The notes: generated from the sequence alone by a model not told the origin. A stretch of 64,000 nucleotides of DNA from Spirochaetota bacterium (GCA_963663865.1 OY760686.1:160001-224000); one strand, 5' to 3'; positions 50,908 to 61,738 are shown, counted from the first letter of the stretch. Numbers and translations are program-made.

Positions 50908-52128
50908 TCAGATGAGAGGCCTGTCCGGGCCTTTGCTTTTCCGGTAATTCGATGGGCTTGTGGCAAGGTATTTCGAGAATGTCCGGTTAAAGGTGTTTTT
51001 GGAATTGAATCCCGATTTAAACGCGACTGAGATCATCTTTTCTTCAGACTCCTCAGAGATTATTCTCCTGGCCTCTTCTACTCTGAATTTATTCACAAAA
51101 TCATAGAAGTTGCATCCGGAATGCTTGTTGATAATCTCTGAAAGGTGGTTTCGGGGGATATCGACCCTTTCAGCAAGGGAACCCAGGGTAAGCTCCGGAT
51201 CAAGATAGTACTTCTGTGTCTTCATAGAGTGAAGCAGCCCCCGATAAAGCTTCTCTGATTCCTCCGCGGATAGTGACGATTTTTTATACTTTGCATCTCT
51301 GTCCTGTCCCCCGGATGGCTGCAGCAGATCATTGTTTGCCGCGTACAATTCCGGGTTCATGAGGAGCTTAAAGCCTATTATAAAGACAATCATTGAAACC
51401 ATCGGCTTATACAGCCCAAAATGGAAGGGATGAACATCAAGACTGAATCCAAAAAAGGAAGCCACATATGTCGACCATATCATTCCGGCGAGGAAGATAT
51501 AGTTTATAGTTATTACATAGAGCAGATATTTGGCCCAGGACAGGTTCACCTTCTCATGGTTTGAATTATGGTGTACGCTTCTCCTGGTGTAACGCGATAA
51601 AAGCCGATGAGTCAGGGCGATATAGACAAGCACCTGAACAAGAAATATATTGGCGTTATGCTCAATTCTGAAATGATAGGCCGGATCATTTGTGCCGGTG
51701 CTGACTCCATGGAAAAATGCCTCCGGATTTTCAGGCGTAATAAAGTATATTGGAAACAACATAGCCAGAGGTATTATGATGTTTAAAAGATGCAGAAAGT
51801 CTTTCCTGTCAAATTGAATTCTCGGTTCAGACACATACTTTATATACAGGTAGAGAAGCGGGCCGACAAGATACTCGACAGTCATATCAGTGCACTTTAA
51901 AAATGAGGCCCCGAAGTACAATATGAACGGAACAAGCCCCATCAAGAGCATGTGATAGCTGAAAAAAAGCAGGAAGAGACCGAGAAGTATATTGTTGACT
52001 CTTGTTCCCCGTTTGATTTTAAAAAGCAACGCGCTAATAAAGAAACAAAAGATGATAGCTACAAAACAAACAATCGAATGAATCTCAAACTCCATGTTCA
52101 TCCCCCGAAATAAAGCAGTGATATCCAT
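50908..52128 (-). CDS. Membrane-bound AraC-family regulator
   Basis: Several N-terminal TM helices; YLDPELTL, NFYDFVNKFRV, SGFNSKNTF. Confidence 0.92.
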   Translation of the reverse strand: MDITALFRGMNMEFEIHSIVCFVAIIFCFFISALLFKIKRGTRVNNILLGLFLLFFSYHMLLMGLVPFILYFGASFLKCTDMTVEYLVGPLLYLYIKYVSEPRIQFDRKDFLHLLNIIIPLAMLFPIYFITPENPEAFFHGVSTGTNDPAYHFRIEHNANIFLVQVLVYIALTHRLLSRYTRRSVHHNSNHEKVNLSWAKYLLYVITINYIFLAGMIWSTYVASFFGFSLDVHPFHFGLYKPMVSMIVFIIGFKLLMNPELYAANNDLLQPSGGQDRDAKYKKSSLSAEESEKLYRGLLHSMKTQKYYLDPELTLGSLAERVDIPRNHLSEIINKHSGCNFYDFVNKFRVEEARRIISEESEEKMISVAFKSGFNSKNTFNRTFSKYLATSPSNYRKSKGPDRPLI

Positions 52129-52162
52129 CTGCTGAGGATATCACTGCGTTTTCATAAATTGC

Positions 52163-54988
52163 TTATTGAGATACGACCGTAAAGCTGTATGATCCGGAAC
52201 CGACACTGAAACGGCGGTAGCCGTCAACGGCGTCGAGCTCAGTGACTCCTTCTGAATCAGCCGCCGGGACACAGCCTTCGGTTACTGAATCATTTCCGTC
52301 TCCGGGCACACAAACCGTGGCTGTCGTATTTGGCGGAACAGTTACTGAGAGAGAAAAGCCGCTGGCGGTTTCAGCCCACTCGCTTGATATTAGGCCGTAA
52401 ACCGATTCGAATGTACCCTTCGCAGAGGTCAGTCCGCCGCCAGGCCTCGGCATGATAGTGAGCTCACGGAATCCCGGGCTGTCCGCCCTGATGCCCGCTA
52501 TGTTCCTGTACATCCAGTCGCCGACAGCTCCATAGGCGTAGTGGTTGAAAGAGGTCATGTCCGTGGTCTGATATGAGCCGTCCTCTTTCCGCGAGTCCCA
52601 TCGCTCCCACATTGTCGTAGCCCCGACAGTAACAGGATAGAGCCATGAAGGATAATCTTCAAGCAATAAAAGATCATAAGCCTCTTCAAGGTAGCCGTTA
52701 TCACTCAGCGCCGGCAAGAGGCAGGGCGTTCCAAGAAATCCGGTACTAAGATGCCCGCCGTTATTTGCAAGACGGAATTTGAGATTCAAAACAGCGCTCT
52801 GCTTCCTGCTCTCCTCAAGTATTCCAGTCGCGAGAGGAAGAGCGTAGGCAGTCTGGCTTCCAGTGCTTATAGTGCCGTCCGGGGCCACATAGTCCCGGCT
52901 GAAAGCATTCTTAACGGCGGCTGACAGTTCAGACATTGTCTGAGAATCAGCCTCTTCTCCAACAGCGGCGGCCATTTCAGACATAAGCCCTGTAACGTAG
53001 GCGTAATATGCCGTTTTCAACATTGTTTTGTCTGTCTCATCGTCAAGATTAAGATGGTCGCCCCAGGCGTAGTAGCTGTCACCCGGTATGCAGTCCACTG
53101 CGACCGCGGAAACACTGTCAATGTAATCCATCATGGCCTGATAGTTTTCCGTTATAACATCAGTCTGGCCGTATCTCTGCCAGAGTACGTACGGCACAAT
53201 AATGACAGCGTCAGCCCATCCAACCCTTCCCCACTTGACATTCCATTCATTTGTTCCCGGTGTCAAATTGGTATCAGGCACAATATTCGGAATTTCGCCT
53301 GTTTCGCTGTTCTGAGCGTCCCTCATGTCCTGCATCCACTTGTCACCGAGAAAAGCGTAAGCGTCGACAAGGTATGTCGCGCTCGGAGAGAAAAGCTGAG
53401 CGTCAGCGGTCCATCCGGCACGCTCGTCCCGCTGCGGGCAGTCTGTAGGAACGCTGAAGAAGTTGCTCCTGAGGCTCCACTCGATATTGCTCTGAAGCTG
53501 ATTCACGAGCTCATTCGACGTTGTAAATGTGCCTGTGACCGGCGTATTTGTTGTCATTACAAGTCCTGTTATTGTGTCCTTCGAAGGAGACGAAGAGAGC
53601 CCGGTCGCCTCGACATATCTGAAGCCGTGATATGTGAAGCGGGGAACATAGACTTCTGTACCCTCGCCCTTAAGCGTATAGATATCCGTCGCGTCGGCGG
53701 TCCTGAGATTCCCGACGTATATATCGTTTGCGGCGGCGCCGGCCGGATCTTTACCATACGAAGGCTGAAGAACCTCAGCGTGCCTTAACGTGACAGTCTG
53801 GCCTGCTTCTCCTTTGACTTTAAGCCTTACTTTTCCGGCAAAATTCTGGCCGAGGTCAAAGATATAAACCCCGGGCTTGGAACCTGATTCCCAGAAGTCA
53901 ACCGGTTCAATCTCCTTTATGACCTGTACCGGCTGGTCCTTTTGAGCGGCTATGGCGCCGCTGTAGCTGAAGGTGGATGGAGTGCCCCATGCGGAGTCAT
54001 CATATCCGGGTTTGTCCCACCCTGTAAGCTCCTTTCTTGCGTCATAAGTCTCGCCGTCAAAGTTGCTTGTAGAGCGTATTGGGCCGTCAGCCGTGGCCTT
54101 CCATGTGCTGTCGGTCACCATAGTTTCAGATGTTCCGTCTTTATACTCAATCTTCAGCTGGGCAAGAAGACATGGATTGTCTCCGTAGACCCTCAAATGG
54201 CCGAGATTCATCGCGTGCTCTCCGGTGTACCATCCGGCGCCGAGGATTCCGCCGATAGCATTATCCCCCTTTTTCAAAAGAGACGTAACATCATAGGTCT
54301 GGTACTGAACCCTTTTGTTATAGTCCGTGAAACCTGGAGCCATTTCATCCTTTCCGGCCTTCTCACCGTTGATGTACATCTCGTACACGCCAAGGGCCGT
54401 GCAATAGAGATACGCCCTGCTGACCTCTCCACTTAAGGAAAACTCCTTCCGAAGATAAGGGCTGGGATAAACATCCGGAACCTGAACAAGTCCTATCCAC
54501 TGTCCCTGCCACTCCGACTGATCGACAATTCCGGTATGAAAGAATGCAGCGTCGGTCCAGTCAAGCTCCATGTCATTCTGATCCCAGAGCTTAACCTTCC
54601 AGTAATAAGTCTTCTGCGGCTCAAGCGCCGGGCCCGTGTACTTAACGCCCAGTGCTTGAGCGGACGGGATTTTTCCGCTGTCCCAGACATCCCCGGCTCC
54701 ACCTGAAAGTATGTCTTCACTTGAAGCCACTATGACTCTGCAGGCAGACTGGAACTGTCCCCTTCCCTCAGACTTCATCTTCCAGCTCAGCCGGGGCGTA
54801 AGCGTCCCTGTACTCATGGGATTTACCCTGTGTTCCACGGTCAATCCGGTTGCCACCGTAGTATTGGAGCTTGCTCCTCCCTTATCGTCGCCGCATGCCG
54901 TAAACCCGGCGGCAAGGAGAACGGCGGAAACAACCATTGAGACCTTATATAGCTTTAAACCCCTGAAGGTCTTTTTTTCTTTCATCAT
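52163..54988 (-). CDS. GH78 alpha-L-rhamnosidase lipoprotein
   Basis: FTAC lipobox; FDLGQN, FTYHGFRY, PTDCPQRDER, ATTMWERW, SFNHYAYG. Confidence 0.95.
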   Translation of the reverse strand: MMKEKKTFRGLKLYKVSMVVSAVLLAAGFTACGDDKGGASSNTTVATGLTVEHRVNPMSTGTLTPRLSWKMKSEGRGQFQSACRVIVASSEDILSGGAGDVWDSGKIPSAQALGVKYTGPALEPQKTYYWKVKLWDQNDMELDWTDAAFFHTGIVDQSEWQGQWIGLVQVPDVYPSPYLRKEFSLSGEVSRAYLYCTALGVYEMYINGEKAGKDEMAPGFTDYNKRVQYQTYDVTSLLKKGDNAIGGILGAGWYTGEHAMNLGHLRVYGDNPCLLAQLKIEYKDGTSETMVTDSTWKATADGPIRSTSNFDGETYDARKELTGWDKPGYDDSAWGTPSTFSYSGAIAAQKDQPVQVIKEIEPVDFWESGSKPGVYIFDLGQNFAGKVRLKVKGEAGQTVTLRHAEVLQPSYGKDPAGAAANDIYVGNLRTADATDIYTLKGEGTEVYVPRFTYHGFRYVEATGLSSSPSKDTITGLVMTTNTPVTGTFTTSNELVNQLQSNIEWSLRSNFFSVPTDCPQRDERAGWTADAQLFSPSATYLVDAYAFLGDKWMQDMRDAQNSETGEIPNIVPDTNLTPGTNEWNVKWGRVGWADAVIIVPYVLWQRYGQTDVITENYQAMMDYIDSVSAVAVDCIPGDSYYAWGDHLNLDDETDKTMLKTAYYAYVTGLMSEMAAAVGEEADSQTMSELSAAVKNAFSRDYVAPDGTISTGSQTAYALPLATGILEESRKQSAVLNLKFRLANNGGHLSTGFLGTPCLLPALSDNGYLEEAYDLLLLEDYPSWLYPVTVGATTMWERWDSRKEDGSYQTTDMTSFNHYAYGAVGDWMYRNIAGIRADSPGFRELTIMPRPGGGLTSAKGTFESVYGLISSEWAETASGFSLSVTVPPNTTATVCVPGDGNDSVTEGCVPAADSEGVTELDAVDGYRRFSVGSGSYSFTVVSQ

Positions 54989-55075
54989 TCTACTCCTGAA
55001 TGGCGATACCGGGATGAATAATCAGCCCGGTATCTTGATAATCACTAAAGTAACTGTCTAAAATCAGCGGACTTT

Positions 55076-57271
55076 TTAGTCGTAATATCCGCCGCCGCCT
55101 CCGTCATCAGAGCTTGCAGCCCAGCTCATACCTGAACCTATTTTGAATGTTGGTGTCTGGGTATCCGCCGGGACGTCCTCGCTCTGGTTGCTTACCTCAT
55201 AGTCAGACGCGGGGATTTCCATTGGAAGTTTTGCAGTCGGTACAAAGTTGTTCTTGGCAAAAAGGACATCAAGAACAGCCTGGTCTGTGGCTCCGAAATC
55301 AACAAGGAACCCGTCAATATCTCCAATAAATGACGATACAATTCCCGGCCTTCTGGCGTACATTACTACAACGATCTTGAGGTTGGGATTAGTGGCCCTT
55401 GCGTCAATGGCAGCCTGCACCCTTGCAAGTTCGGCAAGAGCCGCTGTTCTGTTGCTGTCCATAGCCTCAGGCATAAAAGTGCCGTCCGGAAGAGCAGTTA
55501 ATCCGTCAAATGAGAGAGGCTCGGATCCGCACATTCCAAATGCGAAGTAGGCAGAAGTTCTTGCCCTTATTCTTATTACCGCCAGTTCGGCGCTGGCAAG
55601 ATCTGAGACAAACTCTACGTCACCGCCTCCGTAGTTTGCTGCAAGGGCTGCCGTATTGGCCTGTCCGCTGTCAGCATCGGCTACCATGCTGTCAAAGTAA
55701 ACCTTGACCGAACCGTCCTCATCCACATCGCTGTTCTCAGCATTTACAGGAAGATACGCTCCATCAACAGCGGAATCATGGTCTTCATTTTTCAGAAGCA
55801 CGATTGACCTTCTCATCGCGTCAAGGCCTGCCGCGGCGTTCTCAGCGCTGTTTACAATTGAAGCAGCCGCTGTTTCATCAACATAGGGGTTCTCAAAGTA
55901 TCCCATATCGAAAAGCGGCGGAAGAACATGACTTGCGGCGTAGTTAACGTCATCATCTGTCAGATAGCCCGATGTGTACGCCTCAGTTATTACATCCGTA
56001 TTGCTAATCATCAGCGACTGATGAGTCCCGGCAATAATGTGGGTTGCCATTCTCTCCGCGGCCGTCAGCGGTTCAACTCCCCAGACCATCATGCTTGTTA
56101 TACCCGCATCGGATACAGCCCAGCCGTTCCAGCCGATGTCATCTATCAGGAGGTCCTGCATCTGCTCAGCGCTGAACGCGGTACCAACCTTCTCAGAGAA
56201 ATATCCGCTTAAATTGATGCTATAGCAGGGCATTACTCCGGCAGGATTGGCCTTAAAGCACTCTCTGAATACACCGAGATGCTCCTCAAAGTTGTTTCCG
56301 GGGAAAACAGTGAATCTGCCCGGATTGTTATGTCCATCAATACCGTCAATCTGAGGGCCATGGCCGGGGAAATGCTTAAGGACGCTTGCGATACCGCCCG
56401 GAACCAGTTTGTCTCCGTTCTGAAGTCCGCGTATCAGCTCAGGAACATTGGCTTTTGCGATTCTGGAGTCCTCTCCGAATGTAGCAGCAACCCTTGTCCA
56501 TCTGGGCTCAGTAGCAAGGTCAGCCATTGGACCAAGGTAGCAGTTCCTGCCAACAGCCTTGAACTCCCGACGCACTACATCGCCGAACTGGCGTGTAAGC
56601 TCAGGATCGTTGATGGCAGCAAGCCCCTCGGGCTGCGGCCACATTGACCAGCATGTTGAAGCGTTTGATGAACCGTCCGCGTGGTGGCAGGGGTCTGACT
56701 TGCACAGATAAGGCACACCGAGTTCCTGCGCTTCGCACAGCTCCTGAATATTGTTGAAGAACTTCGCGGCAGTAGCCGGAGGGGTGCTTGAATCAGTAGA
56801 GCCTCCAAACCTCATCTTCAGGTTAACAATAACATTGGCCGTGCTGGTATACTGAGTCGTGTCAGTTATAAGATTTCCCGACGCATCGTACATTCCGGGA
56901 ACACCGGCATCAACTCCGTTTGAAGTCACCGGACTGTTTGGGCCTCCGCCACTGACTAGACAGGCAAGCTTGAACTCAATGTCCATCTTGCTGACAAGGT
57001 CGGCAACCCTGTCTTCTGTGGCAAGCCGCCAGTCCTCGTACGCGTCTAAAGAGCCGTTGCCGTTTGAGTCTTTAAACTGATAGCCGTCAACCGTAATAGC
57101 AGTTCTTGACCTCACGCCGATTTCAGGCTGTACAAGCTGTCCGTCGACACAGTAAACGCTTTCACAGCCATTCTCTTCCGGGACTTCGCCTGACTTGTCG
57201 TCACCGTCATCCCCGCAGGCAGCGAACAAAAGCAGCATACCCGAGAGAAGAAAAACAAAAAATTTGTTCAT
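55076..57271 (-). CDS. GH3 beta-glucosidase-like lipoprotein
   Basis: FAAC lipobox; GPMADLATEPRW, KHFPGHG, MPCYS, AVSD, SIVLLKN. Confidence 0.92.
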   Translation of the reverse strand: MNKFFVFLLSGMLLLFAACGDDGDDKSGEVPEENGCESVYCVDGQLVQPEIGVRSRTAITVDGYQFKDSNGNGSLDAYEDWRLATEDRVADLVSKMDIEFKLACLVSGGGPNSPVTSNGVDAGVPGMYDASGNLITDTTQYTSTANVIVNLKMRFGGSTDSSTPPATAAKFFNNIQELCEAQELGVPYLCKSDPCHHADGSSNASTCWSMWPQPEGLAAINDPELTRQFGDVVRREFKAVGRNCYLGPMADLATEPRWTRVAATFGEDSRIAKANVPELIRGLQNGDKLVPGGIASVLKHFPGHGPQIDGIDGHNNPGRFTVFPGNNFEEHLGVFRECFKANPAGVMPCYSINLSGYFSEKVGTAFSAEQMQDLLIDDIGWNGWAVSDAGITSMMVWGVEPLTAAERMATHIIAGTHQSLMISNTDVITEAYTSGYLTDDDVNYAASHVLPPLFDMGYFENPYVDETAAASIVNSAENAAAGLDAMRRSIVLLKNEDHDSAVDGAYLPVNAENSDVDEDGSVKVYFDSMVADADSGQANTAALAANYGGGDVEFVSDLASAELAVIRIRARTSAYFAFGMCGSEPLSFDGLTALPDGTFMPEAMDSNRTAALAELARVQAAIDARATNPNLKIVVVMYARRPGIVSSFIGDIDGFLVDFGATDQAVLDVLFAKNNFVPTAKLPMEIPASDYEVSNQSEDVPADTQTPTFKIGSGMSWAASSDDGGGGGYYD

Positions 57272-57353
57272 GAAACTCCTCCTGATACTGTTAATAGTAG
57301 TGTTATTTAAACATCATCTCAATTCAACCAGAGATTATGTTTTTTGCAGAGCT

Positions 57354-58358
57354 TCAGTGACCGCTTTTTTGGGGCGGCCTGAATCCTTCGATTCGGCTAT
57401 GTAATTTTAGAATATAAAATATATCAGTAAGCAGGTTGTGCTGGGCATCTTCAAGCGCCGCGGCTTTGCCCGCGCATAAAGCTTTGGGCATATATTCAAG
57501 GACTATCGGGTTTTGTTTTCTCGAAACGGCCATGGTCCAGACACAGTCTGAGAGAATTTCCCTGAAGAAAGAATTTGTCCGGGCTGAAGACCTCTTTCTA
57601 TTTCTGCGGCCGGCGACCCTGTGAATACCGGACCATGATATGAAACGATGAGCCGAATCGAAGCTGAAAAGCATCTCACCGGCCTCGTAGACAATGGACT
57701 CGGCAAAGTGGAGAGGGACCCCCAATCTGTGATGTATTCTCTTTACCGTGTCCTTACAAAATGATGACAATAATTTGATTTCAGCTTCAATCTGGACGAG
57801 AGAAAGGCCGGGCATTCTGATACGGCTGCACAAAAGCGACAGGGTTAATCGAGCCGCCGGCGGGATTGCTGCTCTGCTATTCAGCAAAAATCTATCGACG
57901 AGAGCCTTTATGCTCTGAATATCAGCGGTTACAGCTTCAGGCTGATTGAGAGTATCTTCTTTGCCTGTTATTCCCATGATATCGCAGAAGCATCTAATTG
58001 ATTCGTTATCTAGCCCCGCTTCCTTGAGAATGCTGAGAGCCCTGTTTTGGCAGGAAAGCCTCTCTTTGACGAGCTCGAATCTGTACCTGTTCAACTCCCT
58101 GAGAACGCGGCGATTATACCGAAGCTCTTCATCCTCTGATTCTGAGGCTGACAGGCATGCGGCAGAACCCCATTCCACGCCCATGTACGGCGCTACTGAT
58201 TCGATCAGAGTTCTGACCCTTCCCGAGAGAGAATGCGCAGCAGAACGCCTGGAACGAAGCTGATCGAAGAAGTCTCCGTTCAGGCGATTTACGGTCCGGG
58301 GCTCAAACATCTCACGGCCGATTCTTTCCGATTTTAATATGGAATCCGCAGTCTTCAT
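57354..58358 (-). CDS. IS110-transposase-derived protein lacking the RuvC domain and catalytic Ser loop
   Basis: LRELNRYR...ER...NR...IL..AG, DIMG.TG, LGV....AE.IV.E.G, F.SA..F.SW.GI, N...R..L...W, GK..A....H..L..I..IL match the IS110 middle/C-terminal pattern. Confidence 0.65.
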   Translation of the reverse strand: MKTADSILKSERIGREMFEPRTVNRLNGDFFDQLRSRRSAAHSLSGRVRTLIESVAPYMGVEWGSAACLSASESEDEELRYNRRVLRELNRYRFELVKERLSCQNRALSILKEAGLDNESIRCFCDIMGITGKEDTLNQPEAVTADIQSIKALVDRFLLNSRAAIPPAARLTLSLLCSRIRMPGLSLVQIEAEIKLLSSFCKDTVKRIHHRLGVPLHFAESIVYEAGEMLFSFDSAHRFISWSGIHRVAGRRNRKRSSARTNSFFREILSDCVWTMAVSRKQNPIVLEYMPKALCAGKAAALEDAQHNLLTDIFYILKLHSRIEGFRPPQKSGH

Positions 58359-58506
58359 GACGGCAGGAAAGCACAAAAAAAATCAGGAGTCGCCCCTGCC
58401 TATCCGCTGGTGCTATTTTTTATGCTTTTATGGCGGGTTTTCTGCTTTTTCTTCGCGATAACGAGCCTGGACACCTACTCAGAGAATATTATTACGAATG
58501 GACGTA

Positions 58507-61302
58507 TCATTTGTATATAACTTCAAAAACATAGTCTCCCGAGCCTGCCTCAAACAGCGCCGCGTTGTCTTCCCGCTTAAAGCGGCTTACGCCGTCGGCA
58601 CCTTCAGCCGGAACACCGCCCTCAAGGATCGTATCGCCTTCTCCGCACGGAAGCCGAACCTCGGCCGTTGTATTATAAGGAACTGACAGCTCCATTCTGA
58701 ATCTTTCCGGGCCGCTTTGCCAGCTGCACTTAATTTCACCGCAGGGGCAGCGGTATGAAGACTCAGCCGATTTGATATCGCCTCCCGGCATTGGCGCCGC
58801 GTAAAAGCTTTTAAATCCCGGTTCTGCAGGATATAGACCCGCGATATTACGGAACATCCAGTTTCCGACTGAGCCTAAAGCGTAATGGTTAAAGGAGTTC
58901 ATGGCAGCGGACTGATATGAGCCGTCCGGTTTCACGGAGTCCCACCTCTCCCAGACAGATGTGGCCCCTGAATTCACCTGATACAGCCACGACGGGCACT
59001 CCTCCTGAAGCAGCAGCGAATAGGCTGTATCAGTGTATCCGTTCGAAGACAGTGCATCGAGAACAAAGGCAGTACCCTGAAATCCGGTAGTAAGCCGGTT
59101 ACCGTTCAGGCGGACTGCTTCGTCAAGCCGGGCTGCCGCTAATTGCCTCAGGTGTTCATCGGCGATAAGGCCCATTCCCAGCGCAAGGGCATAGGCCGTC
59201 TGGCTTCCCGAATCGACAGTGCCGTCTGAGGCGATATATTTTTCACATATCGCCTCAGACGCGTTGAGACTATAAGCGGTGTTCTCTGAGGATACATCCT
59301 CCATTCCGACAGCGGCCGCCATCCCGGCAAACAGCCTGACGGTGTAAGCGTGATAGGCCGAGTCAATGAAGCGCTGCCCTGTCTCATCCAGCGAAAGCCA
59401 GTCTCCCCATGCCCAGTAATCATCGTCTACAAGGTAGTCCGTTGCTGCGGATTTAACAAAATCGATGTAGGCCCGCATTGCCTCGAAGTTCTCTTCGATA
59501 ATCCGCGTGTCACCATAGAACTTCCACAGCGTATAGGGAACAATTATCATCGCGTCGGCCCATGCCGCGCGTCCCCACTTCTGAGTGCTGTGGTGGGTCG
59601 ATTCGGGGAAGATTGAATCAGGCGCGACATTGGGCACCTGCCCGTCGCTGTTCTGCCCGTCTCTCAGGTCTTTGAGCCACTTCAGTCCCAAAAAGCCCGC
59701 GCAGTCGAGGTTCCAGACGGCAGCCTGCACGAACGCCGCTATATCCCCCGTCCAACCGTTACGCTCGTCACGCTGCGGGCAGTCAGTCGGAACGCTTACG
59801 AAGTTGCTCCTCTGGGTCCGCACAATGTTCTCGTGCAATATGTTCAGCTTTTCATTGGAAGTCCTCATACTGCCGATGCGTTCAATACCGCTGGATAACA
59901 CCTGAGCTGTCAGCTCCGAGCCGTCGGGCGTACCGCTCAGCCCGGTAACCTCTGCATATCGAAAGCCGTGATACGTGAACCGGGGCGTGAACTCCTCAAC
60001 ACCGCCTCCCTTCATGACATATACATCTGTTGCGGCCGCCGTTCTCAGGTTTGCCGTATAGATATCGTCGCCGCCCGCGTCCAGAGGCACCCTGCCGGCT
60101 GCCGGCTGAAGCACCTCCGCGTGACGAATTGTGACAGTCTGCCCCGGGCTTCCCTGTGCGCGCAGAGTGACCCTGCCGGCGATATTGACCCCGAAATCGA
60201 AGATATAGACACCGGGCTTCGTGGATGACTCCCACACGCTGACAGGCTTAAGCTCATCAACAACTCTCACCGGCTCATCGGGCTGAGCCGAGAGCTCTTC
60301 CTCTCCGGGAGAGTACCAGATCGCGTCACTCCAGGCGCTGTCATCAAAGCCGGCCTCATCCCACCCCGAAAGATTCTTACGGGCGTCATGGGTTTCTCCA
60401 AGAAAAAGCGACGAGCTTAAAACCGGCCCGTCCGTAAAGGACTTCCACTTCCCGTCGCTCACAACAGTCTCGAAAGTCCCGTCCTCATATTCGATTTCAA
60501 GCCGGGCAAGCAGCAGAAGCTCATCGCCGTAGATGCATGTTCCCGCGGTCATCCCTATCTCGCCGGCGTACCACCCGGGTGCCAGGACGGCGCCGATGGC
60601 GTTACCACCGCTTTTAACAAGGCCGGTAACGTCGCAGACCTGATACTGAAACCGCTTTCGGTAGTCAGTCCATCCGGGAGAGAGAGCGCCGGTCCCCGCC
60701 CTCACACCGTTTATGCTTATCTCGTAAAGCCCGCAGGCGGTGCTGAAGAGCCTTGCGCTCTTAACTCCGTTGCCGGCAGAGAATTCCCTTCGCAGTACGG
60801 GCAAGGCCGTGCCGCAACCGCCATCCGGGGCGCCAATCCACTTCGCGTCCCAGTCATCACGGCTGAACAGCCCCGTGCTGAAAAAGGCCGGGTCACTCCA
60901 CCGGCTTTCCCTTCCCCGGCTGTCGCGGGTTTTAACCTTCCAGTAATATTTTCGGGAGGATATCAACGGTTTGCCAGCGTACCTTGCCCCTGCTGAAAGC
61001 CCGCTTTTAACCATGCCGGAATCCCACATGTCGCCGCTGCCGGATGCGAGCAGTTGCAAATCATTTGCAACTAAGATTCTAAAGGCGCTCTGGCTGAGGC
61101 CCCTTTCGTTTGACTCAGCCCTCCAGGACAAAGAAGGGGATGCGGAGTCGATCCCTTCGGGGTTTATCCTGTAATCGGTCTTCAAATCCATAAGAACGGT
61201 GCCTTCCGCTAACCCTGCCTCGTTCCCGCCGCCGCAGCCGGCGAACAGGGAGAGAACAGCGCCGGAAGCGGCTATAAAGCTCAGAAATGTTTTGAATTTC
61301 AC
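58507..61302 (-). CDS. Second GH78 alpha-L-rhamnosidase lipoprotein
   Basis: LFAGC lipobox after GTG 61302; PTDCPQRDER, ATSVWERW, SFNHYALG; paralog of 52163-54988. Confidence 0.94.
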   Translation of the reverse strand: MKFKTFLSFIAASGAVLSLFAGCGGGNEAGLAEGTVLMDLKTDYRINPEGIDSASPSLSWRAESNERGLSQSAFRILVANDLQLLASGSGDMWDSGMVKSGLSAGARYAGKPLISSRKYYWKVKTRDSRGRESRWSDPAFFSTGLFSRDDWDAKWIGAPDGGCGTALPVLRREFSAGNGVKSARLFSTACGLYEISINGVRAGTGALSPGWTDYRKRFQYQVCDVTGLVKSGGNAIGAVLAPGWYAGEIGMTAGTCIYGDELLLLARLEIEYEDGTFETVVSDGKWKSFTDGPVLSSSLFLGETHDARKNLSGWDEAGFDDSAWSDAIWYSPGEEELSAQPDEPVRVVDELKPVSVWESSTKPGVYIFDFGVNIAGRVTLRAQGSPGQTVTIRHAEVLQPAAGRVPLDAGGDDIYTANLRTAAATDVYVMKGGGVEEFTPRFTYHGFRYAEVTGLSGTPDGSELTAQVLSSGIERIGSMRTSNEKLNILHENIVRTQRSNFVSVPTDCPQRDERNGWTGDIAAFVQAAVWNLDCAGFLGLKWLKDLRDGQNSDGQVPNVAPDSIFPESTHHSTQKWGRAAWADAMIIVPYTLWKFYGDTRIIEENFEAMRAYIDFVKSAATDYLVDDDYWAWGDWLSLDETGQRFIDSAYHAYTVRLFAGMAAAVGMEDVSSENTAYSLNASEAICEKYIASDGTVDSGSQTAYALALGMGLIADEHLRQLAAARLDEAVRLNGNRLTTGFQGTAFVLDALSSNGYTDTAYSLLLQEECPSWLYQVNSGATSVWERWDSVKPDGSYQSAAMNSFNHYALGSVGNWMFRNIAGLYPAEPGFKSFYAAPMPGGDIKSAESSYRCPCGEIKCSWQSGPERFRMELSVPYNTTAEVRLPCGEGDTILEGGVPAEGADGVSRFKREDNAALFEAGSGDYVFEVIYK

Positions 61303-61718
61303 ACAGTCCCCCGAAAAACCACTCTGTAAGTTGTGATAGTTTTTCACATTGAATAGATAATTCAACCGAATTATTTCGATTTATCCGGCTAACCAGTAGA
61401 GGGGTTGAAAAGCCCCTTGATTTTGACTTAGCACAGGAAGAGAATCACCTGCAAGCATTGGCCTGCGTTTAGATTTGCCCGCCCCCTTTCCTCCTGCCAG
61501 GACCATTTTTTGAAACTGAAGCTAATTAATGATGGAAATAAAACCTTTTGTGAGCTAAAATTATCGGATCAGAACTCAACGCTTAAAATGGCAAGAAGCT
61601 TATACTGACAGGAAACGGATTCATACTGAACAGGTATTGGGAAGCACATTTTCTGACTGAACAGCCGTTAGATAATGGGGCGAAGACAAAAAGACCTTGA
61701 CTTCTTTAGTATTTTATA

Positions 61719-61738
61719 ATTATCTTATTTAAGATAAT
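61719..61738. promoter_or_regulatory. Perfect palindromic operator candidate
   Basis: ATTATCTTA-TT-TAAGATAAT next to TTGACT/TATAAT-like hexamers upstream of the cdr fusion. Confidence 0.55.

Noticed and set aside
58359-58506. TIGR-like guide array beside the IS110-derived gene
   Set aside because: No periodic repeats are visible in either flank.
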